From Prevotellaceae bacterium (GTDB taxonomy: Bacteria > Bacteroidota > Bacteroidia > Bacteroidales > UBA932), in contig JAITGD010000140.1 in the NCBI GenBank assembly GCA_031280885.1, positions 1,123-65,122 on the forward strand: a stretch of 64,000 nt of DNA. The letters run 5' to 3'. Positions 8,901 through 20,700 of this stretch are shown here, in pieces (position 1 is the first letter of the stretch; every line of letters starts with the position of its first letter). The position numbers and the translations under genes were made by a program. The notes below the pieces were generated by a model. That model had not been told where the DNA came from. It saw only the letters and a program-made list of their open reading frames with translations, and did no database searches.

Positions 8901-10654
8901 TCTGCTACATGGGCGATAATAAATATCTGATGCTTTCGGTAACGGGCGCTCACAACGACCCGACCAGAGGCCTGAACGCATACCTTATCGATATGAACGC
9001 CGACAACGGAAAGGGCGCAATAATAGCGCCGTCGTTTACCATCGAACCCGACGACGCTGCGATGTCGGAAAGTATAGAACTGATTCCGCGCGCCGGCACC
9101 GCTACGGAATACTGGCTGATTTACCGTTTCGGAGGCGAGCTGCGATGCCGCTTAGTCGATGTGCTGAATACCGCCGCGCCCGTAGCCGCTTCATACACCA
9201 CGATGGCTATAACGAACAATCTTACACATAAATTTGTAGCCTCGCCGAGCAACGACCATTTAGCTTTGGTTTATCCGAATACCGGCGAACTCGATGTGAT
9301 AGATTTCGACAATGTTAGCGGACAACTTTCCAACCGCCGAATCGTCGGAGGGCTGAACAGAACTTACAGCGTGGCATTTTCGCCGAGCGGCAAATATCTG
9401 TATGCTTCCGAATACGAAGCCTCGCCCACCGTCCGTCAATACGACGTCAGCCAGCCCGTTCCGGCTTTGATCGGAACTCCGATTACATATTGGAATCAAG
9501 CCGCCGATCCCCGCAAGGGAGGAGGTCTGAAGCTCGGCCCCGACGGGAAAATCTATGTAGTGCAGGCTTTGTCGGATTATGTCGGAGTGATTTCCGACCC
9601 CGATTCTATTTCCGATCCGAACACTCGCTACGATATTCACGGCTTCAAGCTCGACGTCCCCGGAGGCATGTATCTGGCTTTCTCTACCGGACTTTCGCGT
9701 CCCGACGTCATTGCCTGCAGCCACAATCTGGCTCCCGTAGCCCGTCCCGATTCCGACACTATCTGCGGAGGCGGAGCTTTAGACGTGCTGCTCAACGATT
9801 ACGACCCCGACGGTAATAACGTGTATCTGACCGGAGCGCGCTTCAAAAATGAAATTGATACCTTGTATGCACGATTGATTGTGAATCCCGCGCACGGTTC
9901 GATTTCCGTAACGCCAAAGTCGAACGGACTGATGCCCTCGAACCATCTTTTCGAGATAGAATACGAAATCAAAGACGACGGATTCCCAGCCTCGATATGC
10001 GCCTCAGGAATAGCGCATATCACTATACGCCAACCAGTATCCTATCCCGACGTCCGACTGCATTTATGCCCCTCGCCCGACCGCTCGATCTTCCTAAGCG
10101 GATACCTCGATACTCTGTATCTGAAACGTGTAAAATGGAACGAAATGCACAGAGGAACAGTGAGCTTTGTGCCCGGAACCGACGCTTCCACCGGAGAATT
10201 GAGAACCGGAGCTTTCTCGCTGGGGACGCATATATACCGATACGACGCCGTCAGCGAGTGCAGCACAGGTTCGGGAAAGGTTTATATCAAAGTGTTATCG
10301 CGTAATTCCATAGCTTTGCATCCCGACACTGTGGTGGTATGCCATACGATTCCCTCGTCGGCATATATGCAATTAAATCAGATACTCGGCCTGGAAATCG
10401 ATGGAACATGGAGCTACAATGCCGACCTGAATCCATACGTTACCGTATATGCCGCGCCGTCGAACTTCGTCGGAGCGCATTTCTTCGACGCTCAAAAAGC
10501 TTGGGCCGACGGCAAAGGAACTCCGGGTAGATACAAAAGCGACCCTCTGGCACGAAGATACGAGTTCACCTACACACCGGGGCAAGGAGGCTGCCTGAGC
10601 GATAACTCGCCACGCAAAATGGTGCTGATAGTAACAAACAAACTGATGCCCTGA
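2990..10654 (+). CDS. Giant secreted surface protein 1 (2,554 aa). It contains cadherin-like domains, two FG-GAP/VCBS propellers, CARDB-like domains, another beta-propeller region and a conserved C-terminal module.
   Basis: This is one uninterrupted ORF. The signal peptide is MRKFSFVGIRIAIAVLFTAGFISAQA. There are 15 FG-GAP-type Ca-binding loops (GDINGDGKPEII, ADLDNDGKAEIV, ADINGDGKPEVI, ADIDGDGLLDVV, FDFDNDGVKELV and others) in two clusters. Cadherin-like 'V.A.DD...T......I.VL.ND' domains occur four times. The N-terminal ~1,100 aa and the C-terminal ~200 aa are paralogous to the ORF at 11798-25657. Confidence 0.9.
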   Translation: MRKFSFVGIRIAIAVLFTAGFISAQAQPFVAVDDNATTGPLRKLRINVLLNDTIPCSNPTLGIVQPVPAATLGTIEVKSGGYIEFTPRLAARNSTVQINYSVSCSGKSVKAKLTIRVSEYNYPVNVVPVDIVCYDTVKTVTFSPDLKYISGNDGVDLKKASTDLPLDGFSLPLVGDINGDGKPEIIALGLGTWGSFTDGTGLEGRAWYVHIFDGQTGVRLWSVNFGPDNSGHVPLTSQISYLGHAGIIQNSNDNSDQFQLRYDPRHNSPGHLAIADLDNDGKAEIVVVETGSMGRIYALTPRLGAKREIIGFSKMWEGNDNGAAYSYKDPLARGESVSASNLKHFGAGIPYIADINGDGKPEVIVYNKIFDGLTGNKVCVLETLDHFSFTTNSNDNKTRFNSYAFVGRRVGLSWDEDGIPCMAIADINADGILDIIAGSKVYIMKDSGGKPALDRIIAGPSEVKMQKGKATAETTTQVNDGFTAVADIDGDGLLDVVVIAPAKNNTYEDMENLIYVWTPMSSSPTTPKAAMYLYTRSGLGSISYPFIGDINGRKDDYTGKKRLPEICLNVGVLQTNHANSSKIARHPLSTGLTLDGNGFLNNAGFNQASSASGRGHVIAFTFHANENDPVQSNRTPLHQRLKLSWAMEHLDMSSQTGITMFDFDNDGVKELVYRDELSLRVISPAGGKLDYVSNSYVNSPPSADIVRFSQPGVRSYTGSEAPVIADVNMDGSADIVTMAVDPSLDPTNTSRLTWSRSFVYVFEHASGTPKWAPCPPVWNQTIYYPLYINEDLTVPARPQSMLKEYIDPHTKEKIMPYNGHWIQQPIVKDRVDYSPVVRKPDAVITDMQVAVQNPQNIAKITLTILNKGAASISSSTPIAFYNGGTRGASTQVGAGATPLYVHPVGVDIFPGEVQTLTYTLTGINFNNRLIWARIMDAFGAFPANGYDDCDPKSNLMGGADCPTFKYTVKAARKLFCGAGDSIRLVARAAAAQTAPVFAWYLNGVAINGAVDSVFYAKSAGVYRCYVIDDICRGYSSEETISWFSPSAYDDRTSTMMNIPAKIDVLANDNLSPCRPTLSIVTNPMNGAAVPTATNDGIVYTPHNNFIGHDTLVYGFTVGNSTVSAKVYITVSNLPDNMGDAKCYTNPPTSGLWTIGRAFKSKENDKFLSNNISPVAGDIDGDKIPEIFVAKYAGNNRWKDIYVFSGANRSNPRVITTVEGDVNSFGMALAKLPNGVPIIVMIKGCTTQGSLQTNDGRIYAYNALTGQQLWISSARISGFTANLNNNNYSLQFVDFDGDGTLELVAGKDIFAAESGVRLLTSPGNGGFASASKNVWAPWVADIDGDGKPEYIAGTEIYKVHIDRQNSGNSSISLLKSIPAQSFGGVNIADGMTQTADFNGDGQADILVACPVSAKNIAFFVWDYSTGTVYGSVYLANATSAGNMSMPAVGNIDENKNPEVLTVVDNRIKGWSYKQGQANAFSQTEDYDFPINDPSGETGLILFDFNQDGKNELVYRGEEFLYILQADTLGRGTRRFEVKDSIECKAGTGVEHPIVIDADSEGTAAIVTLGGTGGTGANGFEGWLYIFKSQDDSPWAPARKVWNQYQYNVLNINENLSVPPARVGPATIFPGKDGTLGTASDLQPFNNFMQQQTLLDANGNPIWPTPDVELDGAPSFTYDATGDSLLVVVPITNTGDALFQPPSYISVYKDSVMATNFIASNTLATAVRVKAKSSMTLTAHNFSSYLPATSITVRINDRGEARYVQPECDTTNNNMIRLLILSLPLANNDTVSTGTCATSAPLIVDVLANDHYNCQLANLTVNIISAPKQGSAFFDNFDRIVYTFTNSGYVGTDTVTYQIECGGNISIAHLLVKLERDSDAFADDLWYFGNAASGSGSPGIVFKKNSAGKYVPEDASGISKVNTYENSLVISSPYCDGQLIFYSHHDQLFNSLHEPMQNGSIPGNSSCADGLAVCYMGDNKYLMLSVTGAHNDPTRGLNAYLIDMNADNGKGAIIAPSFTIEPDDAAMSESIELIPRAGTATEYWLIYRFGGELRCRLVDVLNTAAPVAASYTTMAITNNLTHKFVASPSNDHLALVYPNTGELDVIDFDNVSGQLSNRRIVGGLNRTYSVAFSPSGKYLYASEYEASPTVRQYDVSQPVPALIGTPITYWNQAADPRKGGGLKLGPDGKIYVVQALSDYVGVISDPDSISDPNTRYDIHGFKLDVPGGMYLAFSTGLSRPDVIACSHNLAPVARPDSDTICGGGALDVLLNDYDPDGNNVYLTGARFKNEIDTLYARLIVNPAHGSISVTPKSNGLMPSNHLFEIEYEIKDDGFPASICASGIAHITIRQPVSYPDVRLHLCPSPDRSIFLSGYLDTLYLKRVKWNEMHRGTVSFVPGTDASTGELRTGAFSLGTHIYRYDAVSECSTGSGKVYIKVLSRNSIALHPDTVVVCHTIPSSAYMQLNQILGLEIDGTWSYNADLNPYVTVYAAPSNFVGAHFFDAQKAWADGKGTPGRYKSDPLARRYEFTYTPGQGGCLSDNSPRKMVLIVTNKLMP

Positions 10655-10659
10655 TCGCG

Positions 10660-10835
10660 AGAACCAAGAGCCAAGATTTCAAGAGCCAAGACGCTACGCA
10701 GGAAGGCAGAAGGCAGAAGGCAGAAGGCAGAAAGCAGAAAGCAGAAAGCAACACGCCTTCTGCTTTCTGCTTTCTGCTTTCTGCCAGACTGCGTAGCGTC
10801 TTGATTCTTGGTTCTTGCAATCCTGAATCTTCAAG
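10660..10835. repeat. Nested palindromic element (copy E2) with GCAGAAR heptamer arms
   Basis: The sequence reads GAACCAAGAGCCAAGATTTCAAGAGCCAAGACGCTACGCAGG-(AAGGCAG/AAAGCAG)x7-loop-(CTTCTGC/TTTCTGC)x4-CCAGACTGCGTAGCGTCTTGATTCTTGGTTC. It begins 6 nt after the stop of giant gene 1. Confidence 0.9.
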
Positions 10836-10940
10836 AATTAAATAAATACTTACCTTTACGCCGCTTTTTCGACAAAGCATTGACGAGGAAAAATTGATTT
10901 CATAATGAAGTACACGAGATGAAGAATTTAAACTGTAACC

Positions 10941-11555
10941 ATGCTCGCAGACATTTTAAGGGCAAAATCCGATAAAGAACTTGTTACCATGCTGGTATCG
11001 GGCAGCGTTTCGGCTTTTGAAGAGCTGTATGTCAGACACAAAAGCCGGCTGATGTACTTTTGTAAACGCTTTCTCAAGAACGATGATCTGGCAGAAGATC
11101 TTATACAGGACGTCTTTATAAAGATTTGGGACACAAAGGAGAATCTCGATCCCGATTTATCTTTCGCAAAATATCTGCATATCTCGGTTCAAAATCGTAT
11201 ATTAAACATGTTCAGGCAGTTTGATGTACATTCGCGTTTTGCCGATTCTGTTATCAAAGCCGCTGAGCAGGCGAACAATCAAACTGAATGTCAGGTAATA
11301 GACAATGATTATGCTGCTTTGTTAGATATGGCTATCGAAACTTTGTCGCCAAGACAGCGAGAGGTATTTTATCTCAGCCGGACGATGGGGCTGACTTATA
11401 GAGAGATTGCAAAATCGATGCAAATATCTGTGCCAATGGTGCAACAGCACGCATCCATAGCTCTCGAAAAAATACGTAAACACTTGAAACTGCATACCGA
11501 TATAGATTTCAAAACAATAATCGCCTGCTTGATTGCAGGTGAATTTTTTCACTGA
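10941..11555 (+). CDS. RNA polymerase sigma-70 family factor (ECF-type, Bacteroides-expansion-like), with no adjacent anti-sigma gene
   Basis: Region 2 reads EDLIQDVFIKIW. The region 4 helix-turn-helix reads LSPRQREVFYLSRTMGLTYREIAKSMQISVPMVQQHASIALEKIRKHL. The 204-aa length is typical of the family. No FecR-like ORF lies on either side. Confidence 0.85.
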   Translation: MLADILRAKSDKELVTMLVSGSVSAFEELYVRHKSRLMYFCKRFLKNDDLAEDLIQDVFIKIWDTKENLDPDLSFAKYLHISVQNRILNMFRQFDVHSRFADSVIKAAEQANNQTECQVIDNDYAALLDMAIETLSPRQREVFYLSRTMGLTYREIAKSMQISVPMVQQHASIALEKIRKHLKLHTDIDFKTIIACLIAGEFFH

Positions 11556-11746
11556 AAAATCGCGTTTTTCGCAGCACGGAATCGAGGTTTCGGTAGCTCC
11601 TCGCTGCTGTATTTCGTCCGAAAAACCGATAATTTTCGCCTGCCAAGTTCACGAAAACAGGTCTTTTTAATTCTGATTGACAGAATTTTGCAAGAATATC
11701 GAAAAATATCGAAGTAAAATCACATTTGCGATAACAAAATAATACT

Positions 11747-11754
11747 TATCTTTG
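11747..11754 (+). promoter_or_regulatory. -7 box TATCTTTG upstream of giant gene 2
   Basis: It matches TAnnTTTG and lies 44 nt upstream of the ATG at 11798. Confidence 0.4.
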
Positions 11755-11797
11755 CCCCCGAAACGAAATATGATTATGTTCTAACGGGAATTTCTCT

Positions 11798-14700
11798 ATG
11801 ATAAGGGATAACAGTTATTATTTGTGGATGAGTAATCGGGTATTATTCACCACGTTTGATTTTTGTAAAAGCGCGCGGATAGGTAAATTTATACTGTCTG
11901 CATGTTTTGCTTTTATATTAAACACTGTGTCGGCGCAACAAGCATTTACTGCTGTAAATGACACGGTTAAAACAGGGCCTTTGCAGTCTGTTACGGCGGA
12001 TGTTATCAAAAACGATACCATCCCATGCGAAGACTATACATGGCGAGTAATGCTGGCGCCTGCCGGCAAGGGAACCATGAGGAAACAAGGTGATAATCTG
12101 ATTTTTACACCAAGAGTCGATTGTCGAAACGATACTGTGCGCATCTCGTACGGAGTCAAATGCGGCGGCGTCGAAAAATACGCAATGGTGGTGATTATCG
12201 TATCGTCAATGTCCTTGCCTATCAATGTGATAGATCCTTATACGCCTTGTGTAAACGACATGCCATTCAATGTGGATTTTGAGCCGGCGTTGAAGTATGT
12301 GGCTTCCACCACGTCCAATTCAAACAGTATTCCTACCGACGGATTTTCTCTTCCGCTGGTTGGCGACATCAATGGGGACGGAAAGCCTGAAATTGTGGCT
12401 CTTGGACTTGGGCGCACAACCGGCTCTACCGACGGTAGCGGATTGTCGGGACGAGCCTGGTATGTTCATGTTTATAACGGCCAAAACGGTCAAAGACTGT
12501 GGTCTGTAAATCTTGGTACTGAGCCAAGTGGAGGCATATCGAATGTAACAAGTCTGGGACATTCGGGGATTACTTCAAACCTTAGCGAAACCGACGACCA
12601 GTTCCAACTGCGTTTCAATCCGCGACATAACTCTCCGGGACATCTTGCTATTGCCGACTTGGACAGGGACGGAAAAGCCGAAATTGTGGTTGCGGAAGTC
12701 GGTAATATTGGACGAATATATGCGCTGAATCCTACGCTGAATCCAACTACGCGAGCAATTACCGGATTTACAAAGAAATGGACGGGAAATGTTAATGGAA
12801 CAGCTCAATCGTACAAAGCTCCATATACTTCCATCGAAACTGTTAATAACCATGCGCGTTTTGGCTCGGCTGTTCCTTATATCACTGATCTTAATCATGA
12901 TGGACGTCCGGAGGTAATAGTCTATAATAAAATTTACGATGGAATAGACGGGCTTCTGGTCTGCGAGCTTGAGGAGCTGAATGCTTTCAACTATACAACA
13001 TCATCAAGCGCTAACAACACTAATTTCGATAAATATGCTTTTGTAGGCCGTCGTCCCGGAGCCGCTGATAAGGAAGACTTTGTTCCCTGCGTTTCTATTG
13101 CTGATATCGACGGCGACGGAATAATCGACATCATTGCCGGAAGTAAGGTGTATTTGATGAAAAATGAGGTGATTAATGGACGGTCGATGCCAAAACTGAA
13201 AAGCATCATCAAGGGGCCGTCGCAGGTTACAGCGCAGCGCGGAAAAGGCACAGGATCATTTACTTGCCAGGTGAACGACGGTTTTACTTCGGTGGTGGAC
13301 ATCGACCTCGACGGACGATTAGATGTGGTGGTCTTTGCTTCGGCTATGCCAACTTTGAATAACATCACACAATCAGTAATATATGTCTGGGATCCTTTAA
13401 ATAATCCCACCACGCCAAAGGCTGTTACTTATCTTTATACTAATGCAAATTCGGGTACTTTTTCATATCCTTTTGTGGGCGATATAAATGGACGTTTAGA
13501 CGATTGGACTGGTACAAAGAGACTTCCGGAGATTTGCATGGTTGCCGGCAGACTTTGGGCAAATGGAGGATTCGCTAACGGAGCAAACGATACATGGACA
13601 GGGTCGAAACTTGCCGTACATCCAAGTTCTTCGGGTCTTAGCCTTAGCAACAGCAGTTTTAATGCGGATAATACTTCTTCGATACGCGGACATGTGATGG
13701 CTTTTACGTATCATGCAAATCCTGATGGCAGTACGCCTATTCATCAGAGGCTCAAGCTTTCGTGGGCTATGGAGCATAAGGACGAATCAAGCTCGACGGG
13801 TATCACTATGTTCGACTTCGATAACGACGGTATAAGGGAATTAGTATATCGCGACGAGCTGTCGTTGAGGATTATATCGCCTGCCGGAAGCAATTCGATG
13901 GATCTGGTTACTAATTCTTATGTCAGCTCAAGCGGAGCCGACAAGTCGATCATACGTCTGTATCAGCCCGGAGTGCGCTCATATACAGGTTATGAAGCGC
14001 CGGTAATTGCCGACGTTGATCTGGATGGAAGCGCCGATATCATTACCACCGGAACCGACGCGACTTTCAATGCAAGTAATACAAGTTCCGATTCTCGCTC
14101 GCGAGGATATATATATGTGTTTGAACATAAGGGAGGTAAAGATAAGTGGGCTCCATGTCCGCCGGTATGGAATCAAACTATATATTTCCCGCTTCAAATC
14201 AATGAAAATCTTACAGTTCCACCATATCCACAGTCGAGATTAACGCCATATACCAACAGACATGGCGAGACAATATATCCGTATAACGGACATTGGATGC
14301 AGCAACCGATTGTGAGAGAGGGACAAAACTTTATTCCTGTGGTACGTAATCCGAATGCTGTGATTACAAACATGAAGGTCGAAGTCGGTGTGCCTGACGC
14401 CAGCAAAACTCGTGTTACACTGACAATTAAAAACATCGGATCGGCAAGTCTCAACGCCAATACTCCTATAAGTTTCTACACCGGAGGCATGCGCGGAAGC
14501 GGAGGTTACGATATAAATGATACTCAGAATACTCAGTTTATCGTCAAGATGAATCTTGGAGAGGATATTTTTCCGAACGGCCTTGCGGTACGAAGCTATG
14601 ATCTGGCACAAAATCTGAATAATACACTTGTCTGGGCGAGAGTTGTAGATAACAATCGAAATTTTCCCGCCACAGGTTATACCGACTGCGACCTCAGCAA

Positions 14701-17700
14701 TAATGCAGCTTCGGGAGCCGATTGTCCCTGGTTAGTTTATTCGATAACTGCCAGCGACACAATAATCTGTGGATCGGCTGGCGAAGCAATTCTGACCGCC
14801 GTGCCGACTAACACGCCAAACACGCCTTCGTATAAATGGTATCGAAATGATAATGAGATACCCGGCGCAACATCTGCCGTTTATGTTGCACGTCAGCCTG
14901 GTACATATAAATGTTTTATCCGAGAGGACATTTGCAGCTGTTATACGCCCGAAAAAACTATCACACGCATAGAAGCAATTGCTAATGACGACTATGCTGT
15001 TTCGGTGAATGGCGCCACGATTAAAATTCCGATACTCGACAACGATTCCGTGCGCCGATGCGTACCGATGATTCCCTCGATAAGCGTTCTGCCTTCGCAT
15101 GGTAATGCGGTCATTATCAATGATACTCTTGTATATACTCCGCAGTCGGGATACTACGGATACGACACTCTTCGATACGGAATACCGGCTGAGGCATTCG
15201 TATATATCTCGATGACAAAGATTACCGAAGCTCGCAACGACACAATTGTGGCGATAACGGCCGATCCGACAGAAGTTAATATTCTGGCAAACGACGTCAT
15301 CGTTGACGGTTGTACTCCCACTATCAGCATAAGCGTAACACCTTTGCATGGAGGAGCTTACCGATCAGGAAACAAAATTATTTATACCTCGGCGAATCAT
15401 TATACCGGATTTGATAGTTTGACATACAAGATTCAGTGCGGCAACGAGATATCCTACGCCAAAATCATAATAAAAGTCATCCGTTCACGAGTGATATACG
15501 TCAAAGAAACCGCCACCGGCGCGGGCGACGGTTCCTCCTGGCAGGACGCTTATGGCAATCTTGCCGACCCACTGCTTTGGGCTGCAGAACAGCGACTTGG
15601 AATTGCCACCGGACTTGGAGCAGTCAATTCGCAGGTCGATACCATCCGCGAAATATGGGTAGCCGCAGGCACCTATTATCCAATGCACAAGGCCGATACT
15701 CTTAGCGCTGTCAGATATCCTGAAGAACGTTACAAGGCCTTCGTTCTTGTTAATGGAGTAAAAATTTACGGAGGATTTCCCGCAAATGCAAATGACACAG
15801 ACCATAATCTGGTTTCATCGCGACATACAGCCACAGCCACCATCGCGCCAACAGTGCTGAGCGGCGATATTGGAACATCTGGTTACGATGACGATAACTC
15901 TTATAATGTGGTAATTGCAGTAAACATTCCAAATAATACAGAAACTGTGCTGGATGGTTTTATTATTTCCGATGCAAAAACTACAAACGCGCCAAGCAGC
16001 CCGCTTGTAAATGGTCATGCAGTGGATTGTATATCTGCAATATACTGTTACAATGCTTCGCCGGTGCTTGCTAATCTGAAAGTAAGCGGAAACAGCGGAT
16101 ACTATGGAGGCGGAATATATGCCCGCAATTCTTCACCGCAGATTTTCAATACTTTAATCAGCGGAAACAGTGCATCTTCCGGATGTGGATCTCTTTACTT
16201 TGCAGGATCTTCTCCGATATTAACAAATGTAACTGTATCAGGAAACTACGGCTTGCAAGGAGGAGTGCGTGCAAGCACAAACTCTAACGTTACGCTGAAT
16301 AACTGTATAGTCTGGGGAAATCATTCCACTCATACGAATGTCGCAAGTACTCCGCAGATTCACAGTGTCTTTATAGAAGGCAACAGCACTGTAAATATCT
16401 CACATTCATTGATACAGCACAGCGGAGGTAGCAGTAGCTGGAACACAGCTGCCGGTAACGATCTCGGTGGAAATATAGATACAAACCCTTATTTTATAGC
16501 TGAAATTCCGGCGGTTTCGGCGCCAAATAACAATGGCAACTACCGCATCGACTACAACTCGCCGGCGCTCAATTCAGGTAAAAACGAGCACTTTCCACAC
16601 AATTTGCAGAATATTGCATTGCTACGAAACTGCTACGACATTAATGGGGATTTCCGTCTGGTTGATAACAACATAGACATGGGCGCTTACGAGCATCAGG
16701 CATGGACGGTTCCTCCAACGCCGCGTATATTTTATGTAAAAGAAGGAGGCTCGGGCAATAAAACCGGCGATACATGGCAGGACGCATATCCAAATTTGGC
16801 CGATCCGGTTTTATGGGCATATCAGCAGCGCGAAGGCACGCTACCGGTGGTTTATCCGGGCGACACAATAGCGCAAATTTGGGTTGCAGAAGGCACGTAT
16901 TATCCAATGTATATGGCTGGTACGGGCAGTTCCGACCGCGACAAAGCCTTTGTGCTTTCCGAAGGATTAAAGATCTACGGAGGTTTTCCGCAAGGCGCAT
17001 CCGACACGCAGCACACAAGTCTCGATTCGCGTTTTACCGGCGTTTGCAAGGGAAGTCCATGCCTGTCGGAAACTATTCTTTCGGGCGATTTAGGCAAAAA
17101 CGACGCTTCGACTAACATCAAGACCGACAATGTGTATCACCTATTTATCGCAAATAATGTTACCGACAACACCGTAATCGACGGATTTACTCTGACAGGC
17201 GGACAGGCCGACGGTTCAGGAGCAATCAATCTGTCGGTCAATACAGTAAGTAGCACAGTGCCGAGAAACATGGGCGGAGCAATTTACAACGTCAAAGCTT
17301 CGCCAAGGTATTCCAACCTGCGTATCGTCGATAATTATGCCGACAGATCCGGAGGAGGAGTATATTGCGACAACGCTTCATCGGCGCCCTCGTTTATTGC
17401 CTCGACCCTCAGCGGAAACAGAGCTAAGAGAGACGGCGGAGCAATCAGCCTGAACGGTGGCGATATACGTATGATAAACAGCGCGATCACAGGCAATTGT
17501 GCCGACAGCATCGGAGGAGCCATGAACGTAATTGCCGGCAAATATTTGCTGCTGAACTCCACAATCGCCGGCAATCATGCCGACAGCACAGGCGGAGGTA
17601 TTTACATGCGTGGAAACATCATTGCAAACGTCAAAAACAGCATAATTTGGGGCAATAACACCAAATTCGGAAGAAACAGCAATATATATCGCGACACTGT

Positions 17701-20700
17701 GCAGACCGTTTATAACAATGTATCTGTTGATTATCAATATTCTATCGTTGGAGGTGCAAGATACGGACATAATCTTGGCGCATGGAATCCGTTCTTTGGA
17801 ACCGACGGAGGCAATAATTTAGATATGAATCCGCAGTTTGAAGACTATATCACCTCGCTGCAAAATGGCTGGCAAGCAACTTCTTCGGGCGATTATAGAC
17901 TGCAATACGGCAGTTCTGCTCTTGGCGCAGCCAGCGAAACCTTATACATGAACTCATTCAATCCGCCTTTGGCTAACATGCTGAATGAAGTGGATTTGGG
18001 AGGAAATACTCGCGTTTTTGGAGTTATGGACCTTGGCGCATACGAAAATCAAACGATTCCTCCTCCCACTTCTTCGATTATGTATGTGAAAACCAACGGA
18101 AACGGCGACGGATCATCCTGGGATAACGCCTATCCGAATCTTGCCGACCCGCTGTCGTGGGCAAACATGCAACGTAAAGGAGCTTTCGGGCCGGTGGCAA
18201 TAAACGATACTATTCGCGAAATCTGGGTGGCAGCCGGCACATACAAACCCATGCATCGAGCAGCGCTTCACAGAGATACGCTGAATCAAGCAACAACGGA
18301 TCGCGACAAAGCTTTTGTGCTTGTGGATGGTGTGAAAATATATGGCGGATTTCCGGCAAATGCAAGTACTGCAGCCAATTCTGCTCTCGAATCGCGTTTT
18401 CCAGCGGGATGCTCCTCTCGCGGATGTCTTGCTCCGACAATTCTTTCCGGCGATCTTGGCCTTGCAGATATTCCCGGAAACATGACAGCAAACAAAGCCG
18501 ATAACGCCTATCACGTTGTTATTGCGGCTGGTACATACACAAACGCTCTTCTCGACGGCTTCATCATCGAAGGAGGAAATGCCAACGATAACGCCGGTAA
18601 CTTCGTAGTAGTGAATAAAATATTTGTCGATAGCGACAAAGGCGGAGGTCTCTACTGTGTCGATTCCACTGCTACATCTTCGCCGCAGTTCAAAAATCTT
18701 GTTTTTCGCGGCAACATCGCACGAAAATATGGCGGCGGTATTTACATCGGCAAAAGTTCGCCAATTATCACACATTCACTTGTTTCGGGAAATATCGCAA
18801 CAGGTTCTACCGGACAGGGAATTGGCGGCGGAATGACCGTATTCAATGGTAATGCTTCGCTTACCGACGTGAGAATCAGTGGAAACCAAGCGCTGACAGG
18901 CGCCGGCGCGGCTCTTATTTCTGCATCAAATCCAAGATTTAATAATGTAACCGTCAGCGGAAACCGCGCACAGAACGCATCCGGAGGGATTTACATAAAC
19001 GGTACAGCTCATCCGACATTCAATAACTCCATTATCTGGGGCAATGTTGCTCCGCTTGCGCCGGAAGTACAGATAGTTAGCGCTTCTGCAATATTCAATC
19101 ATAGTCTCGTAAGCGGCTCGGGAGGAAGTTCAAATTGGACTTTAAGCTCGGCCACCGACGGCGGCGGCAATCTCGATGCTGACCCTCTGTTTACTGCACG
19201 TGTCAATCCTTCGCAGAGCGGCTGGCAGCCAACCGAAGCAGGCGATTACACTCTGAAACATTGCAGTCCGGCTATCGATGCCGGTAACAATGCGGCGCAT
19301 CCGAATATTAACAGCGTCGATCTGGACGGAAATGCGCGCATATCGGGCGGAAAAATCGACATGGGAGCTTACGAAAAAGCCTTAGTTACAGGACTTACTA
19401 ACGGAATTTTCTACGTAAAACAGACTTGCAGAGGCACGGGCAACGGCTCTTCGTGGAATAATGCTTATGGCAATCTCGCCGATCCGCTATTATGGGCTGA
19501 TCATCAGCATAAAGGAACTTTCGGGCCGGTAGCTGCCGGAGATACCATCCGGCAAATCTGGATTGCAGAAGGAACATACATCCCTCGTCATAAAATCGCT
19601 GATAATGACGAGAATGGCAATCCTACTACTGATCGCGATAAAGCCTTCGTATTGGTTAAAGGAGTGAAAATATATGGAGGATTTCCCGACAATGCCAATA
19701 ATACACAGCATACTACACTCGAATCGCGCGGTTCCGACATGGCTCACTTCGCCACCACTACGCTCAGCGGCGACCTCAATGGCGACGATCTTGCGGGAAA
19801 TTTCACTCAATATAAAACCGATAATGCGTATCACGTAATTGTGGGCGCCGACATTCCCGCCGACGGAAAAACTGTGATCGACGGTTTTGTGATAAGCGAG
19901 GGTCAGGCCGACGGAAATAACTACAAAGTAGAAGTGAACAACGAGCAATTTCTGCGGACGGAAGGCGGCGGAATCATCATCGTAAATGCCTCGCCTTTAT
20001 TTTCGTGCAACATCGTCGAAAGCAATTTTGCAGAATCGGGCGGAGCGGGTATATCTGCCAAACAGTCTTTGCCGCAGATAGATAAGCTCACTTTCCGTAG
20101 CAATCATTCCGAAGGCGACGGCGGCGGAATTCTTATCAAGGATAATTCTCGTCCCGAGTTTACTAACGTGAATATTTCGGGAAACCGCGCCGCAAACACC
20201 GGCGGCGGAATGATGATAGACGCTTCGGAACCTGTTTTTATTGACGCTCTTGTGAACGGAAACCTTGCGAATGAAGGCGGCGGTATTGCGATAAAAAATA
20301 ATTGTCAGCCCGACTTTGTCAATGTAACCGTCGGAGGAAATCTTGCACAGAATCGCGGCGGTGGCCTAAGTTTCGACATTTCGTCTCCGACCTTCAAAAA
20401 CAGCATAATCTGGGGTAATACGGCCAGCTTGAACTCTGCAAGCAACAGCCTGTTTATGAGCGGAGGCGCTAATCCTGAATACATTCGCAGTCTTGTGCAA
20501 GGCAGCGGAGGTAGCAGCGCCTGGCTTGCCTCCTTCGGAATAGACGGCGGAAATAATATCGACGTCAATCCTATGTTCAATGATTTGATAATCAGTGGAC
20601 ATCCCTCTGTAGCGGGCGATTATCGTCTTAAAAACGGCAGTCCGGCAATTAATCGCGGCGACAGCGTATTATACAAGCAGGCAATGTCGGCAAGTTTTCT

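Noticed and set aside
10040-10654. Canonical T9SS C-terminal sorting domains (type A Por_Secre_tail or type B gliding-motility CTD) in the giant proteins.
   Set aside because: I looked for the usual terminal signatures and the PNAFTPNGDG-type motif and could not find them by eye. The termini are therefore reported as an unassigned shared module rather than called as CTDs. A profile search is needed.
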